The notes: generated by a model not told the origin, from the letters alone. Positions 37,633 through 50,989 are shown, counted from the stretch's first letter. The stretch: DNA of 64,000 nucleotides from Octopus sinensis (GCF_006345805.1 NC_043003.1:97526001-97590000); one strand, 5' to 3'. Program-made: numbers and translations.

Positions 37633-38540
37633 GTATAGAGTAATAAAAAAATATGAAAGTGGGTGGATAGAGAACAGTCTTATATAAATAGGAAGCTTGA
37701 CAGATTTTCCTCCTCTCAATAACTTCTGTTGTGTCTAGGGTACTAAAATATCAATATGTAGGGAGTGATTTTTTTTTTTCAGATTATTTACAAACAGGAA
37801 AAATACTTTGAAAAGCATAAGGGGGCAATAATAGTTTTGTTATTTGATACTTTTGTTCTTTAATACTTTCCTTTAATAAAAAATAAAAAACAAAAACATT
37901 TAGGACTCTCGTTTAACTAAACTTTATTCACTCCCTTCTTCACCTCTCATGAATGTGATAGGAGCAACATCCATGATACCATTTTTCAGAAACATTGATA
38001 ACCATTTATATAGCACAGACAAAATTGAATAACTCTTACATGTCCTTCACTGAAGGTCACTTTCAAGTTTCCATAGTAACATGAATTTGTTTTATTTACA
38101 TTACTATCACCTCATCACGTATGCAATATCAAATACACCGTACTAGACTGACATTATCATAATTAATACCGTTCACCATCTGTCTGAAATTGGAAGGAAT
38201 GAATGAACGAGTCCAAGACATTTTTTTTTAATTCAATAATGAAAGTTTTACTGGAAGTATACAATCGAATAAAAAACACCAAAGTCGTGATGAAAGGACA
38301 ACAAAGAGGGTTGACGTTCAGGAAATACACACACACACACACATATATATACAGATAAAGGGTGAAATATAATTAATGTAATTTAATTCTTTTGCCATAT
38401 GTGAGTTACAAATATTATTGTTTGTGGAGACTTATTTTTGTAGTAAAAGAAATAGTAGTCCTTTGACTGCTATTTCTAATATTTTCGGTATGTGGTTTAA
38501 GCAATTTGTTGCAAAAAACCCTTATTTTATATATATATAT

Positions 38541-38573
<33 letters not shown>

Positions 38574-38674
38574 CACACACATACATATATATATATATAC
38601 ACACACATACATATATATATATATATACACACACATACATATATATATATATATACACACACATATATATATAT

Positions 38675-38721
<47 letters not shown>

Positions 38722-38724
<3 letters not shown>

Positions 38725-39015
38725 TTTTTGCGTGTTTCAGTCATTATTAGGCTGAGGCCATGCTGGGGTACCACTTTGAGGAGTGTTTAATCGAATAACC
38801 CTGTCGGTGTCTTTGCCGAACTGCAAAGAGGGCGTAAATACACCAGCAACCAGCACCAGTTGTCATGCGGGGGTGGGGAACAAACACAGACACACAAGCA
38901 TATATATATATATTAATATATACACAAACACACGACAAGCTGTCAGTTACCATCTACCAAATCCACTCACAAGGCTTTAGTAGGTCTGATACTACAATAG
39001 AAGACGTTTGCCTAT
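38722..39015 (-). mobile_element. Diverged SINE family A
   Basis: Partial, diverged match. Confidence 0.7.
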
Positions 39016-39844
39016 AATTACCTGAAAACTGAATTTAAAATGAGGACAAAATAAGTAACGAGAGAAATGTAGTACTTACTCGTTGAACTTCGTTTATTAT
39101 TGTTTTTATTTTTCACCTACTCCAACCTTTCTTGTACACTTTCTTTAGATATTTATACTGCGAATATCCTAAGAGTCAGAATCTACAAAAAAATTAGCGA
39201 TGGGCAGTGTGGTTAAGAAGTTCGATTCGCGGACCTTGTAATTTTGGGTTCAATTCAGCTGCGCGGCACCCTGGGCAACTGTCTCCTAATACTATAGGGT
39301 AAAGTTAATCTGTAATTTTACCTACTATGGTATAGCCCTGAACCGATTAATGGCCTGGGTGTGAACATGGAAACCGGTTGTATATACGGGTGTGCGCGCG
39401 CGCATTTTTGTGATTAACACCCCACCATCGATTGGTTGGTTTATGTTAATTAGTGTCCAGCAAAAGAGACCGATGGATTAAGTACCAGACTTTAAAATAA
39501 ATACTACGATCGATCTTTAACACCAAATTCTTCAAGGTGGTGCTCCAGCATGGCCGTAGTCCAGTGACTGAAACAAGTGAAAGAATAAAGAAGTAAAAAA
39601 AAGAATAGGAGTCCATTCTCACTTAATCAAACTGCATTTAATATCACTGCATTTGGCAGCCAGCGAACTGGGGCTAAACAGTTTATTTATACGTTTTATT
39701 TCTGTCTATCACAATTTGAACAACGCAAGAAGCAAAATATACGCAAAACAAAAAAAAAAAAAACGAGAAATGGCATCCCTACACAAGTGTGCCCCACTCA
39801 CTGACTTTGCTTCCTCGCAATTTTAGAAAAAGGGATATTTTTTT

Positions 39845-40111
39845 AACCCTTTCCGAGATAAGAGGAAACAACAAAGTACAGGACTAAGTAAATTAGTTTG
39901 GCGTCTTAAGGACAGCAATATAACTTTCAAGCTGGAATGGTCCATATTGTCTGTATCCTTTCCTTTTGATAAGGGCAGAAAATATTGTGCCGTCTGTAAT
40001 TCCGAGCTTTTCTATATACTTTTCGCCAAATTCCCTTTAGTAAACACAATGGAAGAAAAATCCTATAGGTGCATGCACTGGCAGAAACACACCTTCCGCT
40101 CATATGAATGA
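39845..40111 (+). mobile_element. Penelope-like element, GIY-YIG endonuclease C-terminal remnant
   Basis: Manual translation NPFRDKRKQQSTGLSKLVWRLKDSNITFKLEWSIL...YCAVCNSELFYIL...RCMHWQKH* fits the PLE S.LSK..W.LK...W.I...C..C...C.H pattern. Confidence 0.75.
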
Positions 40112-40651
40112 TGATTAATATAGATAACCTCCTCGAATTTAATAATTTGGTTCCACATCTACAACAACACCATATACAAATTTTTTTATACTCCGTTACT
40201 TGAAGGCCTACTACCAAATTCGTTGGGGTATGTTATACCTTTGTCTCTCTACCTCTCCCCCTCTCTATCATAAGCACAATCAAACACAGATACAAACCTG
40301 TCACTTCATCACTAGATGTATTTGGCATTTATCTCCCCACACACACATATACACACACATAGACACGAATGCAGTTATATACATACACACACATAGGCAC
40401 TCAATCTCATTGGCAAAAGCAAACAACAACGCATCACCATACATACGACTTGCACTCTGTCACACCCCTATTCTTAGAACTTGTCCCTTCCAACCATTTT
40501 TGAACTCTTGAACTTTTTAGAATTTTACCCATCCAACCAATTTTGACGTCACTGCTTATAACGGAATATTTTAAAGAAATACTCATTATCACTATGGACT
40601 CCGTGTGGGCAGTCATCTAAAAGTTTTTGTTCGTCATGATGCTGACATAAT

Positions 40652-40750
40652 TTCCTTGTCTTTCCTGATGAGAAGACGGCATAATGCACCCTTTATTCCT
40701 TCGGAATTAAGAATATGCAGTCTTCGAAACATATGTCGAGAATAAAGGAA
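40652..40750 (+). ncRNA. Type I hammerhead ribozyme candidate
   Basis: CTGATGA (40665-71), stem II GAAGAC/GTCTTC, GAAA (40726-29), stem III AC-ATAT-GT, GUC cleavage triplet (40735-37), stem I 4 bp + 3x3 loop + 6 bp. Confidence 0.8.
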
Positions 40751-40792
40751 TTTTGTTAAATCGTCGTTCGACTCCATTCTTTCATTTATCTA

Positions 40793-40832
<40 letters not shown>

Positions 40833-41329
40833 GTTGTAGCCATTTGTAACTTAATTTTATCCTCGTGTGGTAACGAAAAGTGAAACTGACATCCAATATT
40901 TGCTGTGTCTATGTATGAACTTTTCTTTGGATTTATGTATCTACTGTCTCTCTCAGTTTCTCTCTTTCACTTCCTTTGTGACCCTCTTCTCTCCCGCTTT
41001 TGATTTAATGTGTACATGTATTTATGTATCTACTTCTCTTGCGATGTGATAAACATTTAAAAACACAAAACAAACACTGTCACTCACTATCTCTTTCACC
41101 CTCTCTCTCTCTCTCTCTCTCCTTTTCTCTTACGTCCTCTCTGAAACATTTAAAAACACAACGAACGCCGTCACCACTCACTGTCTCTTTCACTCCCTTT
41201 CTTTCTTACTTCTTTTCTGTTCTCCTCTCTCTCGCTTAGCCACTTCTTCGAAGTAAAGGTGACACACACATCAGGTACGTACACCCTCACCCAAATTCTT
41301 CATTTTGGACTTTTTCTGGAAAAAATTTT

Positions 41330-43500
41330 TTTTTTCAAATATGCGGGAAAATACGGAGATTATGATTCTAAAAACAATTTCCAAAACTTTTTGTAAAATT
41401 TCAACAAAAAACTTTTTTTTTTAAATACCCCTCCCTTTCCCCTCGCAGTCTATGGCATAAACAAGAAGTTTTGAAACCTTTTCGCTAATGCTCATGCGTT
41501 GACTGCGACGCTAAAAGTGAAATTTTGGAAGTGATGTGATGATGGGTGGGCGATATCAGGGAAAAGGTTTTCGGAAAATTTTTTTTTTAATTTTCGGTTT
41601 TAAAATGCGGACGGCCCGATACTGTCGTTTTTCTTTTCTTTTCTATTTTTTTTTTATAGAAATCTCCGTTTCCGGGTACGGAGATTACGAATATGAAAAA
41701 AAATTGGCAAAACTCGGCATTTTAAAATTTCACTCCCCCCCCCCTCCAATTTCTTCGTTTTTGAATCTTTTCAGAGTTTTTTTTTTTTTTTTGAAATATG
41801 CGAGAAAATGCGGAGATTATGATTCTGCAAAAAATTTCCAAAAATTTTTGTAAAATTCCAATTTAAAAAGAAAAAAAAAATTAACCCCTCCCCCTCCCAT
41901 CGCAGTCTACGGCATAAACACACGAAGTTTTGGAACCCTTTTCGCCATTGCGCATGCGTTGACTGCGATGCTAAAAGTGAAACTTTGGAAGTGTGTGTTG
42001 ATGGGTGGGCGACACGGGGGGAAAGGTTTGGGAAATTTTGTTTTTTAATTTTCGGTTTTAAAATGCCTCGTTCGTTTCTCTTTGATTTCCAATAACATCT
42101 TATGCGATCTTATGATCACAAACATAAACAAAATCACGTGCACCATAGTTTGACAACTATGGTACTCATACCGTAATTCAGCCACTTTTTGACGCATCCG
42201 TACGGTTAAATAAGCAGCCAGCAAGCAGTCTATTTACATGCTAGAAATAGCAGCCAAATCTCACACAAACACTTTCCGCATGTATTTTTTTTTTCATGTA
42301 CAACTTTTTTTTTTTTTTGAAAAGGCGCTATTCGTAGGGCTGGGAATGAGTTTCGACAAAAATCGCAAACTTGTCGGATTTGTTTCTTGGCGATAAAATT
42401 TTAGAGAAATTTCCCGCGGTAAAAACAGGTAGGAATGTCAACAGGTATTATATATACTGTGTGGCAAAAAGTGAAAATAAAGCGTTCATTTTATTTATTT
42501 ATATGTATGTATGTATGTATCTGTGTATGTGTGTATGTGTGTGTGTGTGTAGCTGGAAAGTTTTCGAAAATAAACAAAAGACGAAGGCAGGTGAAAATGT
42601 ATTAGTATAGCGCTCAGGAATAGAAAAAGTCTTTTACGTTTCGAGACTACGCTCTTCGACAGAAAGATACACAGAAAAAAACAAGGAGATAAAAAAAAAA
42701 ATGCGTGTAGGAGCTGTATGTATGTCGAAATTTCTGAAGTGTTTTTTTTTTTTTTTGAAAGGGCGTTTACAAAAAATGAGTCTCGAAATAACAGCCGCAT
42801 CTCCAACAAACTCTCTTGACACACAGCCACACACATCTGTATGCGATGCACATATAACATAAATTCGCTGAAAATATCAAAGAAATTTCATGTTACATAC
42901 CGTTGGAATTTATGGGGAATAAAGCTCGCGGTTATATTTACGTGCTGCTTTTCTCTCGGTGTCAGAAAATGAAACAATTTTAGTGCGCATGCACGATACC
43001 TCAAAGGGAAATCAGTTGCCCCAACAAAATAATAAAATAATAATAATGAATGAACACTTCAACTTTCCCTACCACACAGTATTCGCGAAAAAAAAAAATG
43101 AAAAAAATTATGTGATCGCGCTCTAATCATCTTAGTGCAAAGAGAAATTCACACAAGTTGATTATGATTCTGAAAAAGAAAAGAAAAAAAAAGAATAACC
43201 AATCCCTTCCCCATACGGCAAAACACGAAGTTTTGAAACCCTTTTCGCCATTATGCATGTGGAAATGTGTTGATGGGTGAGCGACACGCGGGAAAAGTTT
43301 TTGGAAATTTTGTTTTTTTAATTTTCGGTTTTAAAATGCGTTGTTCGTTTCTCTTTGATTTCCAAATAAGTATTTTAAATACTTCGAAATCAAAACTGGG
43401 CGCACCTTTACGTTAAATAAGCAACCGACAAGCAGTCTATTCACGTGCTAGAAATAGCAGCCAAATCTTACACAAACTCTTTTTCGCACATATTTTTTTT
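41330..43500 (+). repeat. Complex dispersed-tandem repeat, ~457-bp spacing between the first two of 3 partial copies
   Basis: GATTATGATTCT...GGCATAAACA..GAAGTTTTG.AACC.TTTTCGC...TTCGGTTTTAAAATGC at ~41340, ~41800 and ~43160. Confidence 0.8.
42630..42667 (-). ncRNA. Minimal, probably degenerate, Penelope-type hammerhead motif
   Basis: Minus strand TCTTT-CTGTCGA-A-GAG(CGTAGT)CTC-GAAA-CGT-A-AAAGA; core position A6 is T. Confidence 0.45.
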
Positions 43501-45314
43501 TGTCATTTATTTTTTCATATACGATTCATAGAAGCCAATTATATCGCATTTTTTTGGCGGAGGGGGGGCACTTTTTTCACACCTATTACACTTTTCTTTT
43601 TTTTTTTTGGTAGCCGGGAGTTCTTTATTTTCATACAACGGGAATTACGATAGTGAAAGATATAAAAAAAAAAAACATCTTTTCCAAGGTTTCTATTTCT
43701 TTTTAAATTTTGCATCCCAACCCCGCTTAAGGGTGCTTAAGCGGGGGTGTGGTACAAATTGGGTTCCCGTGAGGTATAAGTATTAGATACTTATTCCATA
43801 AATCCGTCAAAAGGCTCCCGCTCTATATGATTGCTATTTGTGCGTTCCTTTTACCTGACACGTGAAAGAATTAAAATATTCGCAGTTATTTTGCTGTATT
43901 TCTCCAATGCTTTTGACAGTTTGTTTTCCTTTTAAATATAATCCTATTTTATCTTTCGAATTTTGGCACAAGGCTAGCGAGTTTAGTGGGTGTGAGGTTA
44001 ATCGATTACATAGACCCCAGTGCTCGATAGGTATTTAATTTAACAGCCCCGAAAGGAACTCAGAAATGCTGTTAAAGCCTTTTGTTCGATACGGTAATGA
44101 TTCTGCTAATTCGCTGCCTTTTCCTTTTTCAATATGCAATAGAGATTTTTCGCGACCCCAGGTATTAAATATACGTTTGTAAAATAACATATAAACTGAA
44201 ATTCAAGTGTTTGAATTTAATTTTCGTAACCCATAGTTTAAGAAGCGCTGCAATAGAAAATAGATGAGATGATGATATATTATATGAGCAATGCATTGAC
44301 TCTACCCTCTCAGGTGGGGGCACTCGATATGACGCCCCGGTTTAACAACACCAGCCCAGGGCTCTCTTTAGCAGAGGAGCCTCTACGCAAGCACGCGGCA
44401 GCTAGAAATAACAGCCAAACCTCCCTCAAATCGTACTTCATTTTAAATAAAATATATATTAAATAATGATATAAAAAAAGACGTGATAGTCGTGGCTGGA
44501 ATACTTTTGATCATAGCTCTATTTCTAGCTGGTCAGCCAGACTTCGTTGTTACCAAAGTGACTAACTGGTTGAGTCGTCACCGACTGATTTTTGCTTGGG
44601 GTGTTCTTGCTTTTATAACTATCCAGAAGGATAGATATATCATTGAGAACAATAAATTTAGTTGGTGGTCTTGTTATCTCTAATCTAGTTTATGGTGAAG
44701 TAGAAGAGGTTAGAAAGGGTCAAGTATGAAGACATTATTTCGGCCTAGCTAAAGGCACCTGGAAAATGTAAAACTGCTGTCAGAGAAAAACCATTGTTCT
44801 GCCGTGGGTAAAGCCCTGTTGCAGTGTTAATTTAAATTTGGTTATGGTGGATCGAATCCACTTCATGCATGCAAGTTCCACTACAAATTGTTGCTGTAGT
44901 TAGAGATTTATGGTCGTAAACGCATCACTACACACGTATATATATGAACAGAGACGGACATTAAAAAGTCATTTTATTTCTACTAGTCAGAGAGGATTAT
45001 TATTCGCGAAAAAGGAAAGAAAATTTTTAATATTTCCCAAAATATACATTCAGAAAGGATTTTTCAGGTGAGAACTTTCACTGAATAAATTTTCCTATTC
45101 TTTGAACAAAGTTTATTCTGAAATCATTTTGTGTTTAACTAAAAAAAAGTATAACTTCGAAGAAACTGAAAAAAAAATTTCTTGAATTGAAATCACTTAC
45201 GAGTTTAAGAAATTGTTACTCTTACTACGATATTCTACCTTAGAATTAATTATTGCGAATATCAGTGGCCAAAAATAATGAATCACTACCGAAAAAAAAA
45301 AACTGAAGCAATCA

Positions 45315-47410
45315 TTGCTGAATTTCCAATCTGATTCATGTAATAATGCTAAACAGAAGAGAATTGCAAACGAAGTTTCGCAGCTCAAGGGAAGTCTTGC
45401 AAAGTCTTTGACACCCTCATTGGATGATCTAGGGCAGGTCGACTGCCAATCAGTGCAGCCAGTTCTAGCAAAGTTTGATCCAAAAATTTATGGAAATCAG
45501 AGACGTGACTTCTCGTCAAACTGGTATACTGGTCGTCCATGGTTAGAGTATTCTCTTTTAAAGAAACCCATGTTTTGTTTTGCTTGTCGGCACTTTAATA
45601 CTTCTGCTCAAGCTGATACTTGTTTTATTAAAAATGGATATTCTAATAGGCATCATGCAAAAAAAAAAAAAAAGGTTTAAATAAGCACGCAAACTCTGCA
45701 TCCCATATCCAAGCTATGGTAACATGGAAGGAACACCAACAGCGTTTATCCACAACATCCGTGTCTTCAATATTGCAAAATGGTCAGTTGAACAAAAACC
45801 GTTATTATATCAGTTCCATTGTTGATATTGTTAATTTTCTTTGTGCAAACGAATTGCCTTTTCGAGGAAACGAAAATGAAGTTTTCAGGATCTTTATTCA
45901 GAAGATGACACGCAGCCTTGTGGTCTTTTTATGAAATTATTCCAGTACACATTAAATAAAAACTCAAAGCTAATGGAATGTTACAGCACGATTCAAAAAA
46001 ATGCGACCTACACCTCAGCAGCAATGCAAAACGAAATCATCGAATCGTTGAGAAGACACACTGTCGATGAAATAAAAATGTTCTGATGTTCCTTATTTTA
46101 CGCTGAAATGTGACGGAAAATCTTGCAATTGTTATCAGGTACTTGCAAAACGGCAGGGTTCTGGAAAAGTTAGTTGCGATGCCAACTAATCAACATTATG
46201 ATGCTGAAATATTGGCCGACTTGATAATTAAGGAATTAACCAACCTTTGCATTGACCCAAAGCATCTGTTGTCACAATGCTATGATGGTGCTTCTGTGGT
46301 GTCTGGCAAAATAGGTGGCATTCAAAGAAAGATTCAAAATCGACTTGAGAAATATATACCCAATGTTCATTGTGTTAATCATAAGTTGCATCTTGTCGTG
46401 GTTAACACAATAAAGCGAATTCCGGAGTTAGTTATGTTCTTTGACACCGTTAATATTCTTCATAATTTTATTAAACGGCCAAAGATAGCTAGTCTCTGGA
46501 AAGGATTGAAGTTGCCACGTCTTAGGTGGTCGGGTCATTTCACTGCCATTGCTTCTGTAATAGAAAATCACTCCAAAATTGTTGGTTTCCTATCCGAATG
46601 CACAGATTCGTCAGATTCAAAAATGTGTATAGATGCAACTGGAATTTTACATCAAGTTCGTTCCCCAAGGTTTGTTTTTCTAGCCCTTGTTTTCTAGCCC
46701 AAATTTCTGCATATAATTAGACCAGTAGACAAACAGCTTCAGAGTCACAAATGTGTTATATACCATGGCCTTGGGCTTCTTAAGATTGCCAACAGTGAAA
46801 TAACCAAACTGATAAACTCTTTAATATTTGATGAGATTCTAAAACAAATGAGTCAATTTAATGTTATTGAGGAACGCATGCGTCGTAAAGCTTGCGGGTC
46901 CCGGGTTTTTTCAGATTATATTGTTGAAACCCTGGTACCATCGCAAGATGACTGGATAACCTTTCACCGCAAAATTTAATTCGTGATCATCGATGAAAGC
47001 TTGGGAGAGATAGATAATAGATTTTCAGAGCAAAACGATAGTATATATTCTTCCTTGGCAAGTCTACTACCAACGTCCGAGACATTTTTGGATTTTGATG
47101 CTTTAAAACCTTTGAGCAATTTAGTTAATTGTGATAAATCGGCCTTACTTTCTGAACTCACTATGGCAAAAGCATACATTTCCTAACAAAATATGATGAC
47201 ACTGCTTGATATTTTTGGATCTTTACGTATTGTACAGGATGCCTTTCCAAATGTTTATCTTTTGTATGGTGCAGCATTAACATTTGGATCTAGCACAGCT
47301 ACATGTGAATCATCGTTTTCGACGCTAACTCGAATTATGATACACACCCTTTCGACGAAATATGAAACACCAGCGAAAATCAAACCTTGTGATACTTGCT
47401 TCTTTTAATA
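45315..47410 (+). mobile_element. Decayed hAT transposase (ZMYM1-like: TTF zinc finger, DUF4371, dimerisation domain)
   Basis: FSSNWY..RPWLEYS...FCFACRHF; ELPFRG; QCYDGASV.SG; HCVNHKLHL; FPNV......STATCESSFSTL; multiple frameshifts and stops. Confidence 0.85.
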
Positions 47411-47819
47411 AATACAAATCAAGTGTAGAGAGGGACGAGTTTCTTAAATTTTTTACCTTGCGTTGCCGTAGATTGCAGTTGTATTAAATACATGTAACCT
47501 GATTTTATTTCGTGTTCTAAATTTTTTTGAGAGACTTGTATCGTATAGTTCTCGTACGACATAATAAAATAATACATGAAGTCCGTTTAAGAGATAGTAC
47601 TAGATGCTTGTCCGCTCACCAGTACTGCTCGAACTCCCGAGTCAACACATTGCTCATGAGCTGTCGGGTCACGGACCTTCCGTCAACCCATTGGCATTAC
47701 TCCACTATATTTATCCTGGTGGACTAATCAATCCGTTCTACCTTGGGTGTGTTCTACTTCCACACAATAGAGACATAATCAAATATTATAAACAGTACGG
47801 TTTTTAGAGTTCTGTTCAG

Positions 47820-48260
47820 CGGATGTAATACAAAAGACCCTTAGCCAAAAAAAGCCCCCTAAGACAAAAGCCCCTCAAACAAACCCCCCATAGTTGAAGT
47901 ATGAAAGTGTTTTGTTTTGTTTTTTACAACCGCGGTTTCCGTTTTTGTTTATTTGAAATCATATTAAAAAATAATGTTTAAAGATTTGGCTATTATCTCT
48001 AGCATGTGGAAAGACCTTTTAGGCTCAACTCTGTGCTTTAAAAATATTGGAGTCGATACATTCGACTAAAAATTCTTCGAGGTGATGCCCCAGCATGGCC
48101 TCAGTTTAATGATTGCAACAAATATGAAAATAAAAACGAAATATATCAGAAGTTTTGACCGGGCTAAGCAGAAAGAAATGTGAAAAAAAAAACCCCAAAA
48201 ATATAAGCATGGGGCTTTTGTCCACTTTCGCACTTTAAGTAGGGGCTTTTGTCCGTACCC
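47820..48260. mobile_element. MITE-like element with AAAAGCCCC subterminal repeats
   Basis: Inverted clusters ACAAAAGCCCC / GGGGCTTTTGT; SINE fragment inside (48040-48130). Confidence 0.55.
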
Positions 48261-49208
48261 CTAGCTATCAAGATAGCAACCCCGGTTGCAATCGGCTGGC
48301 TATGTGGCCGGATGGGATGAAAAATAACAAAAAAGAAGTTAATGAACTATTTCGGCTGTGAGTTAGAAATTGGGTCGACATTTCATATTACTCTTGAAGA
48401 GTTGTGAATAAAATAAAGAAATGATAATAACGATTTCTATTAACCGCCTGAAATACTTAACTTTCAATAAGTTACAAAAATTTGTTTTTTTTTTCGTTAT
48501 TTTTTTCGTTCAATAAAATTTCGATAAACCTACCGTAGACTTTGATAGTTGCGAATAGCTTGAATTCTCCGGGGGATTGAAATGACCGTTCTAATAAACA
48601 GACACTTTTAGGACAGAAAATTTCTCAACAAGTCAAAACTTCTGTTTTCATAAAAATAACTAAACTGCACAACGCCCCCTCATCCCTCACACTGCAACAA
48701 CTAACTACCTTCACAGTTACATTATAATTGCTATATTATCTAACACTGCTACTGATAACGGATGCATATGCAATGCAATAGAGCCTGTTATAGATTAAAT
48801 GATTCATTGATCGATCGATCGATTCGCTGTTGCTAGAATGGGGGTGTTATATGACCACAGGTCAACGCAGACAGGGCAAGCCTATTTATGACCAAAGAGA
48901 TTGCTGTTGTGACTATCCTGTTTTTTTTTGTCAAGTGTAGGAAACCCAGGATCACATTATCAAGCTTGTCCTTCACAAAGAAAGATTGGCTGCTATTTTT
49001 AGCTGGTAGAACGATGATCACGTAGAGGTTTCCTTGGTGCTCAATATTGGTTTAGAATATAATGATGAATAGCAGACTTCCAAAAACAAACAAAACCACC
49101 ACCCCTCTCTCTCGCTCATATATATATTTATTTATTTTATTTATTTAACTAGCGGTGGTGCCCCAGCATAGCCGCAGCCTTCGGACTGAAACATTTTTAA
49201 GGATTTAA

Positions 49209-49252
<44 letters not shown>

Positions 49253-49924
49253 CTCACATTCACTCGCAGTGTATATATATATGTACTGACTCTTCATTTA
49301 GGCATAGAGTAGATTCGAACCTGAATCAGCAAATTTCCCTTAACATTCCAACAGCATTTTTCTCACATAACTATCAATGTTATTTGATGGGAGTTACGTG
49401 CAACACATACCTTTGCCAAGTCAGTTTATGTCTCTTCTATGCCATCAAAAGTTGAAATTCGATAAGGAGCGACCTACATCGAGCTGCCCATTGTTCTCGG
49501 CTATATACCTCTCTTTCTAGCTAGTTTGCATAATTATAAATACTAGAATTCCGGAGACTGACAGGCAGACACCTAGAGGCAAACGGTCCGAGGGAGAAAG
49601 AAAACAATCAGCCGCTATGATACATGCAACTTCTCTCTACTCTGTTTCACTTTCACTAGCTCATCTTTGTCTTTTAATAAACATCACTCTATCGCTAACT
49701 TTTCTCTGTTACTACACTGACAAGATTATTATGCACACTTTACACAAGGAAAAATTAACTTTCGATTATATTATGCATGCATGCCTGTCGTGGTATCGCT
49801 TTATCTAAAGTAACGGTAAATATAATTTCGAGTTAACATCAACCTCAACAACTGTTCTTCTTTCACATCTGCAACATCAACGTGTTACAGAAAGCGTGTG
49901 TATAAAATTATAGAATTATTTTGT

Positions 49925-50268
49925 TTGTTAATTGTTTAAATTATTTTCCATTGCTTTCGTTTTTTTTACACGCATAACAATTAAATTAATTTAACAATTA
50001 AGAAAAAAAAAATTAGGGTTAGGGTGAGGTTTAGGGTTAGTGACAGGATGTTATCTCAGTTTTAGACGCAGCAAATGATTTTAGCTCAATTAGAGGCGAT
50101 TCATTGGTTAAAATTCGAAAAATTAAACTACGTTAAACAAACAAATTACAATTTTCTCAAGAAAGCCAAGAGAAAAAATGCTTTATTTTGACACATTCTA
50201 CCAGTATACGAAGTTTTAAAGTGTTTAGTTAACTAGAAATTGTGTGCCGTTCAAAAGGAAAAGATCCC
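49925..50268 (+). mobile_element. Right half of the same foldback MITE
   Basis: Aligns to 2440-2795 and ends AAAGGAAAAGATCCC. Confidence 0.85.
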
Positions 50269-50715
50269 AGTTCCATAACAACTCAAACTGATTTTCTCTG
50301 CGACCAAACATTTATCGTTGTACATATGTGTGTGTGTGTTTGTGAACCCTGCTGTACTCTTTCACCAGAACTTTCTCTCACTCTTTCTTCCTGTTTCTGT
50401 TGCACCTGTATTTCAAAAGCCAGCCTTGTCACACTCTGTGTCACGCTGAATCTCCCCGAGAACTAGGTTAAGGGTACACATGTCTGTGGAGTGCTCAGCC
50501 ACTTGCGCGTTAATTAATGAGCTGCGATGTCACTGGTGCCAAGCTGTATCAGCCTTTGCCTTTCCCTTGGATAATATCGGTGGCGTGGAGAGGGGAGGCT
50601 GGTATGCGTGGGCGACTGCTGGTCTTCCATAAACAACCTTGCCCAGACTTGTACCTCAGAGGGTACCTTTCTAGGTGCAATCCCATGGTCATTCATGACC
50701 AAAGGAGGTCACAAT

Positions 50716-50728
50716 GTATATATATATA

Positions 50729-50772
<44 letters not shown>

Positions 50773-50867
50773 TATATATATGATGATGATGATGATATAT
50801 ATATATATATACTATATATATACATATATATACATATATATACATATATATACATATATATACATAT

Positions 50868-50908
<41 letters not shown>

Positions 50909-50952
50909 CATATATATACATATATATATATATACATATATACATATATATA

Positions 50953-50989
<37 letters not shown>

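Noticed and set aside
39802-39810. TGACTTTGC, an ARE-like site, tempting for an NQO1-like gene
   Set aside because: A six-base-specified motif is expected by chance many times in 64 kb; it lacks the 5' purine and the TSS is unknown.
44483-44683. 66-aa hydrophobic ORF
   Set aside because: Non-ATG start, no splice context and no recognisable family.
49378-49718. Possible solo LTR (TGT...ACA, TATA, AATAAA)
   Set aside because: No target-site duplication and no second copy in the window.
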